NCBI GenBank assembly: GCA_963824385.1
Contig: CAWGPD010000004.1
Location: forward strand, 320,001 to 384,000
Length of the DNA: 64,000 bases
Direction of reading: 5' to 3'
Origin: an uncultured Nitrososphaerota archaeon
GTDB taxonomy: Archaea; Thermoproteota; Nitrososphaeria; Nitrososphaerales; Nitrosopumilaceae
The notes beneath the pieces are model-generated. The model saw only the letters and a program-made list of their open reading frames with translations. It made no database searches and was not told the DNA's origin. Shown one piece after another: positions 24,087 to 34,758 of this stretch. The translations under genes and the position numbers were made by a program. Within the stretch, counting starts at the first letter, position 1; each line of letters starts with the position of its first letter.

Positions 24087-24380
24087 TTTAATCTAGGACT
24101 AGGATATTTCAATAAATAGATATGCCAGAACTCAGAGTCACTGAATTGGCATTCATCTTGTGTCATGTCTCTAACTCTTCTTCATCGCCTGGCTATCATA
24201 ATCAGTTAAGGTCAGATAATAACTAATGGTATTTTATTCAAATTGCAAAATCTATAGCCACAAGGAGTTTATAGCGAGTCTTACCGGATTCAAATTTTTA
24301 GTAAACCCAAATTTATGAAGATCTGAATTTGTTTTCCTTTATTCGAGTATTTTAATACAGATTGGATTTCATAGATTTGC

Positions 24381-25139
24381 ATGCATCTGGAAAAACTTGC
24401 TCATAGTTTCACAATTGGTGGTACTGTAATTGCAGTTTTACTAGTCATCATTGCACTAGTTGAAGTGTATCATTTTGGCGAGCTTGTTGGCGAGCAACAA
24501 AAGACAACGGCAAGTTTGACTTTACTTCTCAACAAGACGGATAATTTGCTAGCAGAGATGCAAAAGTCCACATCAGGTTTGGATACATTGGTCAACAGAA
24601 CTGATCAATTAATACAACTACAAACTAGTACATCCTCTAACATTTCACAGCAAACCATAATGAAAGAATACAGCGATCAGGTTCCATTTCAAGTCGGTAT
24701 TGCATATTGTAATTATGAAGAAAATGATAACGATATTGCATATTCTACAATTATTTTAGATAAAAACGGAGACCCTACAACACTGAAATTTATGCTGGAT
24801 GTTCTTTTTAGGTTCTATACTCTTCCAACTGATAATGGAACTCTAGCAATTGGAGAAACTCAAAGTTTAGGGAATGATTCAAACCCTGAATTAGTTGAAC
24901 CTGCTGAAGAAAAATTGCAAAAATTACCACTGGCAAACATAATGAACCAAACCCAAAATACTACTGACACATATCTGTTCGTACGATCACAGTATGATTT
25001 TGCTCCATATTCTGAAGCGACTAGTAATTTGATTACTAAATATGCCCATGATAAAAGTGGTCAGCAAATGATTGAATTTAAGAAAAACAATAGTGGAGAC
25101 TGGGAACTATATCCAAGTCAAAACTCGATTTGTAAATAG
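24381..25139 (+). CDS. Hypothetical membrane-anchored protein (TM + coiled coil + extracellular domain)
   Basis: 252-aa ORF with N-terminal TM and a short internal repeat (LLNKTDNLL / LVNRTDQLI). Confidence 0.7.
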   Translation: MHLEKLAHSFTIGGTVIAVLLVIIALVEVYHFGELVGEQQKTTASLTLLLNKTDNLLAEMQKSTSGLDTLVNRTDQLIQLQTSTSSNISQQTIMKEYSDQVPFQVGIAYCNYEENDNDIAYSTIILDKNGDPTTLKFMLDVLFRFYTLPTDNGTLAIGETQSLGNDSNPELVEPAEEKLQKLPLANIMNQTQNTTDTYLFVRSQYDFAPYSEATSNLITKYAHDKSGQQMIEFKKNNSGDWELYPSQNSICK

Positions 25140-25308
25140 ATTATTTTTTAGATCATACTTGTAATGGTTCAAAATTTCAGCACTAGTGCAAAATCTACAG
25201 CGCTTTTTTTAAATAATATTTCTGTAGTTATCTGGTAAACACAGGGCTTGTTTTATGACCCTATACTAGTTGCAGTAATTTTTTATATTCAATTAGATAC
25301 AAGCGAAC

Positions 25309-25755
25309 ATGCCGACCAACACTGTCAACTTACATCGTGTAATTGCCACAAATCCAGAAAAAATATATCGTGCATTTCTGAATCCTGATGCCTTGGCTAG
25401 GTGGATTCCCCCAAATGGATTTACTGGAAAAGTTCATCATATGGATGCAAAAGTAGGTGGTACATTCAAAATGTCGTTTACTAACTTTACAACTGAAAAA
25501 AGTCATTCCTTTGGTGGAGAATTCCGTGAGTTGGTTCAAAATGAACGTTTGAGATATACTGAAAGTTTTGATGATCCTAACCTGCCCGGAGAAATTCAGG
25601 TAACTGTAACACTGAAGAAGGTTTCTGTGGGAACAGAGTTGACAATCGTACAAGAAGGCATACCTTCTGTAATTCCTCTTGAAGCCTGTTATCTTGGATG
25701 GCAGCAGTCACTTGCTAATCTAGCTAGACTAGTTGAACCAGAGATTCCAAATTGA
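25309..25755 (+). CDS. SRPBCC (CalC/Aha1-like) family protein
   Basis: LHRVIATNPEKIYRAFLNPDALARW.PP.GF; CYLGWQQSL. Confidence 0.9.
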   Translation: MPTNTVNLHRVIATNPEKIYRAFLNPDALARWIPPNGFTGKVHHMDAKVGGTFKMSFTNFTTEKSHSFGGEFRELVQNERLRYTESFDDPNLPGEIQVTVTLKKVSVGTELTIVQEGIPSVIPLEACYLGWQQSLANLARLVEPEIPN

Positions 25756-25824
25756 AAATATTTGGAATTATTCTAGAAAAAAAGTGCAAAATCCTAGTGT
25801 CTAACTATATCCCCAAAATAAAAG

Positions 25825-25898
25825 TGGGATCGGCCGGATTTGAACCGACGACCTCAGGTACCCAAAACCCGAATCATACCAAGCTAGACCACGATCCC
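25825..25898 (-). tRNA. tRNA-Pro (anticodon TGG), intronless, CCA not encoded
   Basis: GGGATCG acceptor pairs with CGATCCC-A; D arm GTCTAGCTTGGTATGAT; anticodon arm CGGGT-TTTGGGT-ACCTG; T loop GGTTCAAATCC. Confidence 0.96.
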
Positions 25899-25981
25899 GA
25901 TGTGATTGCACAAAAATGTCCCCAATTTAATCTTCTCATATCATATGATGATTTTAAATAATTAACTAAATTAAGCCATAA

Positions 25982-26875
25982 TTGTTGCAATTACAAGATT
26001 ATGTCAATGCTGGAAAAATAGCATCTGAGGTAAGAGAGAATGCAAGAAGAAAAAATCATGTAGGTTCTACTCTTGAAGAAATATGCAATTCCATTGAAAA
26101 AGAAATTGAGAGTAAAGGTGGAAGATGTGCATTTCCAGTCAATGTCAGCTTAAATGAAATTGCAGCTCATTATACCGCTGAACCTAATGATACCATTACA
26201 GTCAAAGACACTGATCTTTTAAAAATTGATTTGGGTGTCCAGATAAATGGACATATTGCAGATACTGCTGTTACTGTGTGTTATGAACCAAAATATGATT
26301 TTCTAGTACAAGCCGCAGAGTCTGCTCTCAGAGAAGCAATGGCAATCATCAAGGTAGGAACAAAATCAAGTGATGTTGGAAAAACAATAGAAAATACCGT
26401 AAAACAGATGGGCGGAATACCAATAGCAAACCTTAGCGGTCATTCTCTTGAACAATATACAATTCATGCCGGCAAGTCTGTTCCAAACATATGGTCAATT
26501 GGTTCATTTTCATTCCAATCCACGGAAGCATATGCATGTGAGCCATTTGTCACCACTCCAGATGGTTCAGGTTTTGTGCGAGAAGGTAAAATTAGAAATA
26601 TCTTCTCGTTAGTTTCAAGAAAAAGAACAAAGGATGATGAAGTCAACAAACTAATTGATACAATATGGCAAAAATTCAACATGTTGCCATTTGCACTAAG
26701 ATGGCTCATACCAGATTATAATGAAAAGACTGCAAGAGACCTAATCGAAAGATCAATTAAAAACAAAGTTGTTCGTTCGTACCCAATACTTGTTGAGGCA
26801 AATGAACAAAGAGTTGCTCAAGCAGAGCACACATTTATTCCAAAAGAAAACGGTGTTACGGTAACAACTATTTGA
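25982..26875 (+). CDS. map: Methionine aminopeptidase type II
   Basis: AFPVN, AAHYT, KIDLGVQINGHIADTA, NLSGH, EPFVT, VAQAEHT. Confidence 0.96.
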   Translation: MLQLQDYVNAGKIASEVRENARRKNHVGSTLEEICNSIEKEIESKGGRCAFPVNVSLNEIAAHYTAEPNDTITVKDTDLLKIDLGVQINGHIADTAVTVCYEPKYDFLVQAAESALREAMAIIKVGTKSSDVGKTIENTVKQMGGIPIANLSGHSLEQYTIHAGKSVPNIWSIGSFSFQSTEAYACEPFVTTPDGSGFVREGKIRNIFSLVSRKRTKDDEVNKLIDTIWQKFNMLPFALRWLIPDYNEKTARDLIERSIKNKVVRSYPILVEANEQRVAQAEHTFIPKENGVTVTTI

Positions 26876-26975
26876 CGCTACATTAACAGTCTCTTTTTTT
26901 ATACGAGTTCATCTCTATTTTCTGTTTCAACATATGGGGCAATTGCTTTGTGTCAGCAATTCCAGGATTGATAAA

Positions 26976-27989
26976 TCATCTATATTCATCCCCGCAGTCA
27001 CCAATAGAAGAAAACAAATCATTTGATCTTGAGGTTACTGATCTTATCTGTTCTTTGTCTTCTCTATCTAAATTTAATGAAAACACTCTAGCGTTGTCTG
27101 ACTTGTGCTCTGCTATGCCAAGTCTTACACCAATTATCACACCTGCAACAACGGGCTTGTCCAAGACATATTTTGCAGCAACATTTGCAATACTAACATG
27201 GTGCTTTTTTGCTATATGGTATAGTACCGCAAGTAGCTCTTGAAATAGAGTCCATCCACCCCAAACATCAATCATGTTCTTGTATTTCTGTAAACTTGAT
27301 GTATATAGCTCGGACCTTGTTGGCTCTGGTTTTTCTCGATAATTTTCAGACAAGAATCCTCCGAGAAGAGTTCCATAAGCCAGTAGTTTGATGTCATGTT
27401 TTTGGCAAAATGGAGCCATCCTGACTTCAGGTCTAGAGTCTATGATAGAATATTGTACTTGATTTGATACTAGTTTGAATCCATTTTCTACCATAATCTC
27501 TATTCTTTCCGTATCAAAATTTGTCAGTCCAACATGTCGTATCTTTTTATCATCTTGAAGCTTGAAGAGATGATGTAATGCGTCAAGGTAGTTTGTATCG
27601 TTATAATCCCACCAGTGAAACTGGACCAGATCGATTGCTTTTACATTCATTCTTCTAATGGACTTGTCAATGTAATGCTCTACAATTGATCTAGTCATCG
27701 GACCTGGATTTGGGACAAATTTTGTTAGAGCCTGTATTTTGTCTAGTTCTTCTTTACCCTTTTTCTTTTCAATTCTTCTTCGAAATTCACCGATGTATTC
27801 TTCGGCAGGTCCATAAATGTCTGCCATGTCCCATGTAGTAAAACCAGAATCATGGTATGAAAGCATCTCAGAAATTGCAGATTCTGGGTCAATTTTACCA
27901 TGGCCTCCCGCTACCTGCCACATACCGTTCAGGATTTTGCAGATTTGCAAGTCAGATGTTAACTGGTAGGTTTTTTGTGATTGTGACAT
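26976..27989 (-). CDS. Aldo/keto reductase
   Basis: GMWQ, D.ADIYG, TKF, IDLVQFHW, NQVQYS, LAYGTL.GG motifs. Confidence 0.92.
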   Translation of the reverse strand: MSQSQKTYQLTSDLQICKILNGMWQVAGGHGKIDPESAISEMLSYHDSGFTTWDMADIYGPAEEYIGEFRRRIEKKKGKEELDKIQALTKFVPNPGPMTRSIVEHYIDKSIRRMNVKAIDLVQFHWWDYNDTNYLDALHHLFKLQDDKKIRHVGLTNFDTERIEIMVENGFKLVSNQVQYSIIDSRPEVRMAPFCQKHDIKLLAYGTLLGGFLSENYREKPEPTRSELYTSSLQKYKNMIDVWGGWTLFQELLAVLYHIAKKHHVSIANVAAKYVLDKPVVAGVIIGVRLGIAEHKSDNARVFSLNLDREDKEQIRSVTSRSNDLFSSIGDCGDEYR

Positions 27990-28075
27990 GCTTGTGATTT
28001 TCTGAAAAACTTGCCTTATTTCTCTTTTGATGCTTTTTTAGAATTAGTACATTTTATCATTATGATTTACTTCCA

Positions 28076-28261
28076 CTATTTGATAACTTCGCCAAAAATT
28101 TTGGATATCATCATTTGGCCATTACCACATGAAGTACACTTTTCTGCGGTTTTAAAGACATAGTCTCCTTCTTTGAATTTTCGTTTATTAGTTTTATTGC
28201 AACTAGAACATTGTTCAATTGTACATGGATCAAGTATTTCCTCCTTTTTCTTAAAGATCAT
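28076..28261 (-). CDS. Small zinc-binding protein (start reassigned to Met 28261)
   Basis: MIFKKKEE...CSSC..RKFKEGDYV..CTSC; ATGA overlap with the DUF1512 stop. Confidence 0.75.
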   Translation of the reverse strand: MIFKKKEEILDPCTIEQCSSCNKTNKRKFKEGDYVFKTAEKCTSCGNGQMMISKIFGEVIK

Positions 28262-29420
28262 TGTGCAACCCCAATAGTATTTCCAACTCCAATAACCAGA
28301 GCACACTGACCTATCTTTGCATAGACTTTGATGATATCATAAATTTGAGATGCAACTATATCAGAAGAGTCTGCAATCTCCTTTCTCATCAGAGTGATTG
28401 CTTCCTTGATTGATTGTTTTATAACAATTGCATATATTGGAATGTTATGCTTTGTTGCAATCTCTTCTATTTGGAATCTCTCAGTACCTATTCCTCCAAT
28501 TGCTGCTCCAAATCCTTGTGCAATAGAACCAGTATCTTCACCTTCTCGACTTCAAGGCTGCATCAACCATTACTATAATATCAGGTTTCGTGTCAGCAAG
28601 AATTTTCTCAAGTGCATCAGCAGGTTTTCCAACTGTAGCAGCTGGTCCCTCAGACTTTTAGGAAATAGAGTTTTCGTCCTTCAAAGTCTTTTTCGCTCCA
28701 AACTGTTTCAAGTGCGATTGGTTTTTTTTCAGTATCAAGCATCATTTTTCCAACAATCATTGGACCTATTCCATCCCCAATGGGTTGTCCTTGTTTGAAT
28801 GCAGATACCGCAATCTTGAGTGCCTCTGCTTCTTCCATTATAAATGGCATCATCATTTGTAATGGTAAAATTAATGGAAAGTTATTCTGTTTCTTTGCAG
28901 TAAGGAAAAAGTGTCTTACCATTTTGTATAACAATTGCAATGTAGTTACTGCTTCCAAAATGTTAGTTATCTTGCTTGTTTCAATATGGCTCATATTTTG
29001 AGACAAACTATTGACTTGCTCCCTAGTTGAATCTTCTCTTATTCTCATGATATGTCTTATTTTTGGAACTATACCATTAGGATCCATATCAATTGGCATT
29101 ATTGTAAAATATTCAAAGAACCTGTCAAGTTTTTGTGTGGGATCTTCAGAAGGCTTTAGAGTATTTTTGATATAATCAATAAGTTCCTTTCTAGTATCAT
29201 CACGAAAAGATTTTAATTTTTCAAGTCCCTTGTTAATGTCAGATGAAGTTATGTAAAGCTGAATTCTTTGCCCATACAACATAAAAATAAAGATAGGTAT
29301 AATCCAAACCATCCACATCAGAGGATTAGAATTATCACTAGAACTGAAAAGCTTGTCTATACTTGTTGCATTAAAATCCAATAACAAAAACAACTTTTTT
29401 TGCCAAATTAAATCTTTCAA
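28258..29420 (-). CDS. DUF1512-family protein; several frameshifts (about 28650, 28548, 28310); true start probably near 29381
   Basis: PIDMDPNGIV, QPIGDGIGP; hand-read downstream frames give MVDAALK, QGFGAAIGGIGTERFQIEE and VIGVGNTIGVAQ*. Confidence 0.85.
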
Positions 29421-29462
29421 AAAATTAAATCGTTTTAAACGTTTGATACTGATATACCAGTA

Positions 29463-30911
29463 TTGGACGCAAATGAAATCAGAGTAAGATTATCCAAGAC
29501 TGTAAAATGTACTGTTTTGGGGGATGATTATGCACGTAATTTTTATTCAGTAGATGCTAGTTCATACTGCTTAAAGCCATCAGTTATTGCAATTCCTCGT
29601 AATGAATCAGACATCATCAAGATTATACGATTTGCAAAAAAATACAACATTCCAGTTACTCCCAGAGGAGCAGGAACTGGACTTGTCGGTAGTGCTTTAG
29701 GAAGAGGCATAATAATTGACATGAAAAATCTCAATGAGATAGAACTTGGTAGCAATCATGTCAAAGTTGGTGCAGGAGTTTTCAAGGGCCAACTTGATAA
29801 CATATTGAAAAGAAATAACAGATTCATAGGTCCAAATCCTTCCATAGGCCCTTTCTGTACCATTGGGGGGATGATTGGAGCAAATGCTAGTGGAGCACAT
29901 TCTTTGAAATATGGTAGCATGATTGACAATCTAATTGAAATTACAATGATTAATTCCTCTGGCAAAATAATAAAATTGCCAGATAAAAGAGATTCACAAA
30001 AAATTAACATCTTCACATCATCAAAGATTGTGAAATCATTTCCAAAAGTTTCCAAGAATTCCTGTGGATATAGAATTGACATGATTCATTCAAAAAAAGA
30101 GATACATAAAATAATTGCAGGGTCGGAAGGAACTCTTGGCATAGTAACGTCCGCAAAGATTAGAACGTATGTACTGCCAAAGAAGATCGTATTGCTTGTC
30201 ACATATTACAAAACATTGTTAGAGGCAGCAAAAGATGTCCCAAAAATAATGACATTAAAACCATCAGCTGTTGAACTAGTAGACAATAACATTGTAACGC
30301 ACATCAAAATAAAAATACCTTCACAGTCAGGTTGTCTTCTTTTTGTAGAATTTGATGACAAGATAGAATCCAATAAGAAACATATTCAAAATATAATATC
30401 AGGAAAAATAATTAAAACAGAAACAAATACAGATAAAATCAAGAAATTATGGAGTTTTAGAAATTCTGCTCTTGCATTTAGTCTAAAAAGTATTTCAAAG
30501 AATGAGACAATGCCTACTCTCATAGAGGACGCAGTAGTACCAGTAAAAAGACTACCGTTACTACTAAGAATATTAGATATAATTTCCAAAAGGTATGACC
30601 TGAAGATGATCGTTTATGGGCATGCTGGAAACGGCAATCTACACATAAGACCCATCCTAAGAAGAAAGGACAAGCATCTCATCAAAAAAATTGCCTTGGA
30701 GTTTTTTTCAAGCGTAATAGAAATAGGTGGAAGTATAACAGGGGAACATGGGGATGGCCTTGCCAGATCAGAGTTTGTAAAATTGCAGTATGATAACGAA
30801 ACATATTCTATTTTTAAAAAGATAAAAAAGCAATTCGATCCTCAAAATATTCTAAATCCTGGAAAAATCATCTCAGATCAAAGTACTGTCACAAAAAATC
30901 TAAAGATCTAA
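29463..30911 (+). CDS. FAD-linked oxidase (GlcD/D-lactate dehydrogenase-like)
   Basis: PRGAGTGLVG, CTIGGMIGANASG, GSEGTLG, GHAGNGNLH, ITGEHGDG, FDPQNILNPGK. Confidence 0.92.
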   Translation: MDANEIRVRLSKTVKCTVLGDDYARNFYSVDASSYCLKPSVIAIPRNESDIIKIIRFAKKYNIPVTPRGAGTGLVGSALGRGIIIDMKNLNEIELGSNHVKVGAGVFKGQLDNILKRNNRFIGPNPSIGPFCTIGGMIGANASGAHSLKYGSMIDNLIEITMINSSGKIIKLPDKRDSQKINIFTSSKIVKSFPKVSKNSCGYRIDMIHSKKEIHKIIAGSEGTLGIVTSAKIRTYVLPKKIVLLVTYYKTLLEAAKDVPKIMTLKPSAVELVDNNIVTHIKIKIPSQSGCLLFVEFDDKIESNKKHIQNIISGKIIKTETNTDKIKKLWSFRNSALAFSLKSISKNETMPTLIEDAVVPVKRLPLLLRILDIISKRYDLKMIVYGHAGNGNLHIRPILRRKDKHLIKKIALEFFSSVIEIGGSITGEHGDGLARSEFVKLQYDNETYSIFKKIKKQFDPQNILNPGKIISDQSTVTKNLKI

Positions 30912-30928
30912 TCATTCATTGAAGTTAA

Positions 30929-31267
30929 TTATTTAATTTTAGTGCCAAGGGTGACATCTTCAGGAACTGTCAGCCAAAAGGGTTTGTCATTTAGATCAGC
31001 TGCAAGAAGCATGGCACCAGATTCAATTCCTCCAATTGTTCTAGGTTCTAGATTTACAAGTGCTATGACTGTTCTACCTACTAGTTCTTCTGGTTGATAG
31101 TACTCTGCCCCACCAATTATTACGTTACGTCTTTCATCTCCAAGATCAATTACACCTTTCACAATTTTTGATTTCCCTGGAATTTTTTCAACTTCAATTA
31201 CCTTAGCTACCCTCATGTCGAGCTTTGCAAAATCCTCATAAGTTATCAAATTCATAACAAGTGTCAA
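30929..31267 (-). CDS. tRNA-binding OB-fold protein (Trbp111/CsaA/MetRS C-terminal-like)
   Basis: YEDFAKLDMRVAKV; VNLEPRTIGGIESGAMLLAA. Confidence 0.9.
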   Translation of the reverse strand: MTLVMNLITYEDFAKLDMRVAKVIEVEKIPGKSKIVKGVIDLGDERRNVIIGGAEYYQPEELVGRTVIALVNLEPRTIGGIESGAMLLAADLNDKPFWLTVPEDVTLGTKIK

Positions 31268-31366
31268 ATTATGAGATTAAAATTGATTTCGGAATAAAAA
31301 ATCTTGTTACTGAGAATCTGTTCTTTGTGTATTATAACATAAATACGAATAAAAACAAACTATCTC

Positions 31367-31783
31367 ATGGTACAGATTCAAGCATCTATTGAGATTGATG
31401 CCCCGATAGACAAAGTATGGAGTATAGTATCCGATCTTGATTCTGAGCCAAAATTTTGGAGAGGAACCAAAGAGGTAAAAAATATCTCAAAAGAAGGCAA
31501 TATTATAACAAGAGAAGTTACCATAGCATTCAAAGACTCAAAATGCATGCAGACCGTAACACTTTATCCAAAAGAGATGATAGATGTCCAATTTACAAAA
31601 GGAATCATTGAGGGCAGCAAGATAATTTCACTTACTTCATTAGAAAATAAGACAAGACTTGATGTTGTATGGGATATGAAACTATCAGGTATGATGGGAA
31701 TGTTTACAGGCATGATAAAAAAACACATTCAAAGTGGAACTGAGCAAGCCCTTGATAGTATAAAGCAAGAATCTCAGAGATAG
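31367..31783 (+). CDS. SRPBCC/polyketide cyclase-fold protein
   Basis: ASIEIDAPIDKVWSIVSD...PKFW. Confidence 0.88.
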   Translation: MVQIQASIEIDAPIDKVWSIVSDLDSEPKFWRGTKEVKNISKEGNIITREVTIAFKDSKCMQTVTLYPKEMIDVQFTKGIIEGSKIISLTSLENKTRLDVVWDMKLSGMMGMFTGMIKKHIQSGTEQALDSIKQESQR

Positions 31784-31787
31784 ACAA

Positions 31788-32996
31788 ATGTATTTTTTTG
31801 TAGATATAATCAACTACGTTCTGGCATCCATTTTGTTAGGTGTTGCAATAGCGTGGATATTTTTGATAAAATCAATGTTGGCTACTTTTATAGATTCACC
31901 TTTTTTAGATAAATTCAATTCTAGGCCACATCATACTCCAAAAGTATCCATAATTTTACCAGCTAGAAATGAAGAACTGTTTATTGAAAAATGCATAAAT
32001 TCTCTTTTAGATCAAGATTACAAAAATTATGAAATAATAGCAATCGATGACAGGTCGGATGACAACACAGGTAATATAATAAAAAAACTTTCCAAAGAAA
32101 ATTCAAATGTAGTATATGTTCTAGCGGAACCCAAACCAGAAAATTGGACAGGAAAGAATTGGGCGTGTATCGAGGGTTTCAGAAAGGCATCTGGTGAACT
32201 GCTATTATTTACGGATGCAGATACATTTCATTCACGAAAAACAATTTCTCTTGCAGTGGATCATCTGATGAGTGAAGAATTAGATGCACTTACAGTAGTT
32301 CCAAAGATGCTCTGCCTTGATTGGTGGACAAAAGTCACTTTACCAGTACTATCTACTTTTCTTCATACACGATTTTCCGCATTACGAGTAAACGACCCTT
32401 CTAAAAAGACAGGGTATTTTTTCGGTAGTTTTTTCATAATAAAAAGGAAAACGTATGAATCAGTAGGAACTCATGAGGGAGTAAAAAATGAAATTATTGA
32501 AGATGGAGCACTAGGCAAAAAAGTCAAAGAACAAGGATTTAAGCTAAAGATGGTACGCGGTGAACATCTAGTTGAAGCAATATGGGCAAGAGATTGGGGC
32601 ACCTTATGGCATGCCCTAAAGAGGTTAATGATTCCACTCTACATACAATCAAACAAAATAGCTGTAGGAATATTCTTTGCAGTACTTTTCCTGTTATTTA
32701 TGCCATTTCCAATTCTTGCATATTCTGTACTATTTGTCAACACCTCAGAATCATTTGGCATTTTATGTGGAATTTCACTAATTTCGGTTGGATTATTCTA
32801 TGCAGGAAGCACCATAGATGCAAAGAAGGGGCTGTCACTAGGATTTCGATATGCATTATTTGCCCCAATTGGTAGTTCAGTGATAATAGCAGGATTTGCA
32901 ACTGGAATTTTACATGCCAAAAGAAGTAATGCTTTGGTGTGGCGAGGTAGAACATATTCCATATCAGAAACAGTGCAAAATTCCATTAATTTGTGA
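31788..32996 (+). CDS. Membrane glycosyltransferase family 2
   Basis: SIILPARNEE, DDRSDD, WTGKNWAC, FTDAD, IIEDG, WRGR. Confidence 0.92.
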   Translation: MYFFVDIINYVLASILLGVAIAWIFLIKSMLATFIDSPFLDKFNSRPHHTPKVSIILPARNEELFIEKCINSLLDQDYKNYEIIAIDDRSDDNTGNIIKKLSKENSNVVYVLAEPKPENWTGKNWACIEGFRKASGELLLFTDADTFHSRKTISLAVDHLMSEELDALTVVPKMLCLDWWTKVTLPVLSTFLHTRFSALRVNDPSKKTGYFFGSFFIIKRKTYESVGTHEGVKNEIIEDGALGKKVKEQGFKLKMVRGEHLVEAIWARDWGTLWHALKRLMIPLYIQSNKIAVGIFFAVLFLLFMPFPILAYSVLFVNTSESFGILCGISLISVGLFYAGSTIDAKKGLSLGFRYALFAPIGSSVIIAGFATGILHAKRSNALVWRGRTYSISETVQNSINL

Positions 32997-34165
32997 GTAA
33001 GGATTATACAGTAACCTCAGATACTTTTAGATTCTTGGATAAGACAACTGCCATTTTAGGTGGAACATATGGAATAATTGTACTAATTTTGGTATTGGTA
33101 TTTGCATCAGGACAACAAAAAATAGATCTATCACAGCCAACTGCTGCACCGTTTGAAAATAGCGCTCAATTAAATCCAGCATCACACATGAGCTTGGCAG
33201 ATCTTTTTTCCAAATCTCAAGATGGGGTTGTTCAAATTATAGTTCGTAAAACAAGCGATAATTCTTCAGACAGAGCTATTGGTTCAGGTATTGTATATGA
33301 TCTCAGTGGACATATCATTACAAGTAATCATGTTGTAGTCGACTATCAAAAGATCAGAGTTGTATTTCATAATGGAGATTCGTACACAGCTCAAGTCACT
33401 GGTACTGATCCATTTGCAGACCTTGCGGTAATCAAAGTAGACGCAGATCCCCAAACACTTCATACGCTACCACTAGGAAACTCTTCAAAGCTTAGGATAG
33501 GAGACGAGGTGATAGCAATAGGAAGCCCGTTTGGTTTAACGGGTTCTATGACCAGCGGAATAGTAAGTCAACTTGGAAGAATACTAAATCCTCCCGATAT
33601 TGGATCATTTTCCATTCCAAATGTCATTCAGACAGATACTGCAATAAATCCTGGAAATTCAGGCGGCCCACTACTAAATGATCAAGGCGAAGTGATTGGC
33701 ATCAATACGGCAATTCAAACTCAGACTGGTGAATTTTCCGGCGTAGGATTTGCAATCCCATCAAACACCATGAAAAGAATTGTGCCATACCTCATACAGG
33801 ACGGACATTATAAACATCCGTGGTTAGGAATATCAGGGATAACAATTGATCCCGACTTGTCAGACAGTCTTGGACTTTCAATACAATCAGGATTTCTAAT
33901 TGAAAACATTGTACCAGACAGTCCAGCTGCTAATGCAGGTTTGATTGCATCAAATCAAACAAAGATGGTAGATGGGATCAAATACAAAATTGGCGGAGAC
34001 ATAATAGTTGGAGCAGATAATACTCCTGTTAAAAAACTAGAAGACCTTCTAAATTATTTACAAGATAATAAATCAGCAGGAGATAAAATGATATTAAAGA
34101 TAATTCGTAATTACAAGCCCATTGAAGTGACTCTAACCCTACAGGAAAGACCTACTAGTCCGTAA
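32993..34165 (+). CDS. HtrA/DegP-like serine protease with PDZ domain, N-terminal TM
   Basis: TSNHVV, DLAVIK, IQTDTAINPGNSGGPL. Confidence 0.95.
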   Translation: MSKDYTVTSDTFRFLDKTTAILGGTYGIIVLILVLVFASGQQKIDLSQPTAAPFENSAQLNPASHMSLADLFSKSQDGVVQIIVRKTSDNSSDRAIGSGIVYDLSGHIITSNHVVVDYQKIRVVFHNGDSYTAQVTGTDPFADLAVIKVDADPQTLHTLPLGNSSKLRIGDEVIAIGSPFGLTGSMTSGIVSQLGRILNPPDIGSFSIPNVIQTDTAINPGNSGGPLLNDQGEVIGINTAIQTQTGEFSGVGFAIPSNTMKRIVPYLIQDGHYKHPWLGISGITIDPDLSDSLGLSIQSGFLIENIVPDSPAANAGLIASNQTKMVDGIKYKIGGDIIVGADNTPVKKLEDLLNYLQDNKSAGDKMILKIIRNYKPIEVTLTLQERPTSP

Positions 34166-34259
34166 ACAAACAATGAATAATTAGATACAATTGTATCAGT
34201 AACTTTGTTAGTGAACAAAGTAGCGCAATTTTTTATTAACTAAATTTCCATATGAGGGC

Positions 34260-34547
34260 ATGTCAAAACAACCATATCGATCAGAAATGGGAATGATAGC
34301 AGACATACTAAAGGTGGCAATGGACCACGGTAGACAGGGCGCAATCATTACAACCATAGCAAGAAATGCAAACTTGTCACATTATACGGCAATGGACAAG
34401 TGTCAAAAATTAATAGACTTTGGATTAATAGAATCAAAGACATACAAGAGAGGGCATATTTTTGCCATTACTGATAAAGGAATGCAGTTCTTATTAGAGT
34501 TGCAAAAATTTACAGAGGAAGCACACGCACTAAAAATAAGATGTTAA
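34260..34547 (+). CDS. Winged-helix DNA-binding protein (archaeal HTH_45-like)
   Basis: YRSEMGMIADIL...ITTIARNANLS...ITDKG..FL. Confidence 0.85.
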   Translation: MSKQPYRSEMGMIADILKVAMDHGRQGAIITTIARNANLSHYTAMDKCQKLIDFGLIESKTYKRGHIFAITDKGMQFLLELQKFTEEAHALKIRC

Positions 34548-34758
34548 ACCATCAAGTCAGATTAGAAAATTGGTTCAACTCGTATGTTACACTTTAATCC
34601 AGAATCATTGTAAAAAGTTAGATTTTAGACAAGTTAGAAAAATAGGTGTAAAATTTGAAAAATAACCCCATTTGGCAGTGTTTGCCGGAATGAGTATTGC
34701 GTTCGTTAAATATCCCACATCTAAGGATAAATACAACTGTCAAAGCTATCATGACTAG

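Noticed and set aside
24122..24226. 34-aa ORF MPELRVTEL...
   Set aside because: No motif or coupling to neighbours; unsupported.
24283..24296. ACCGGATTCAAAT as a degenerate att copy of the tRNA-Pro 3' end
   Set aside because: Only ~7 contiguous matching bases; expected by chance.
25752..25961. 69-aa plus-strand ORF
   Set aside because: Reads through the antisense of tRNA-Pro (GSAGFEPTTS is the typical tRNA shadow).
28394..28798. 134-aa plus-strand ORF and the many similar short antisense ORFs in the track
   Set aside because: They overlap well-supported genes on the opposite strand and lack recognisable motifs.
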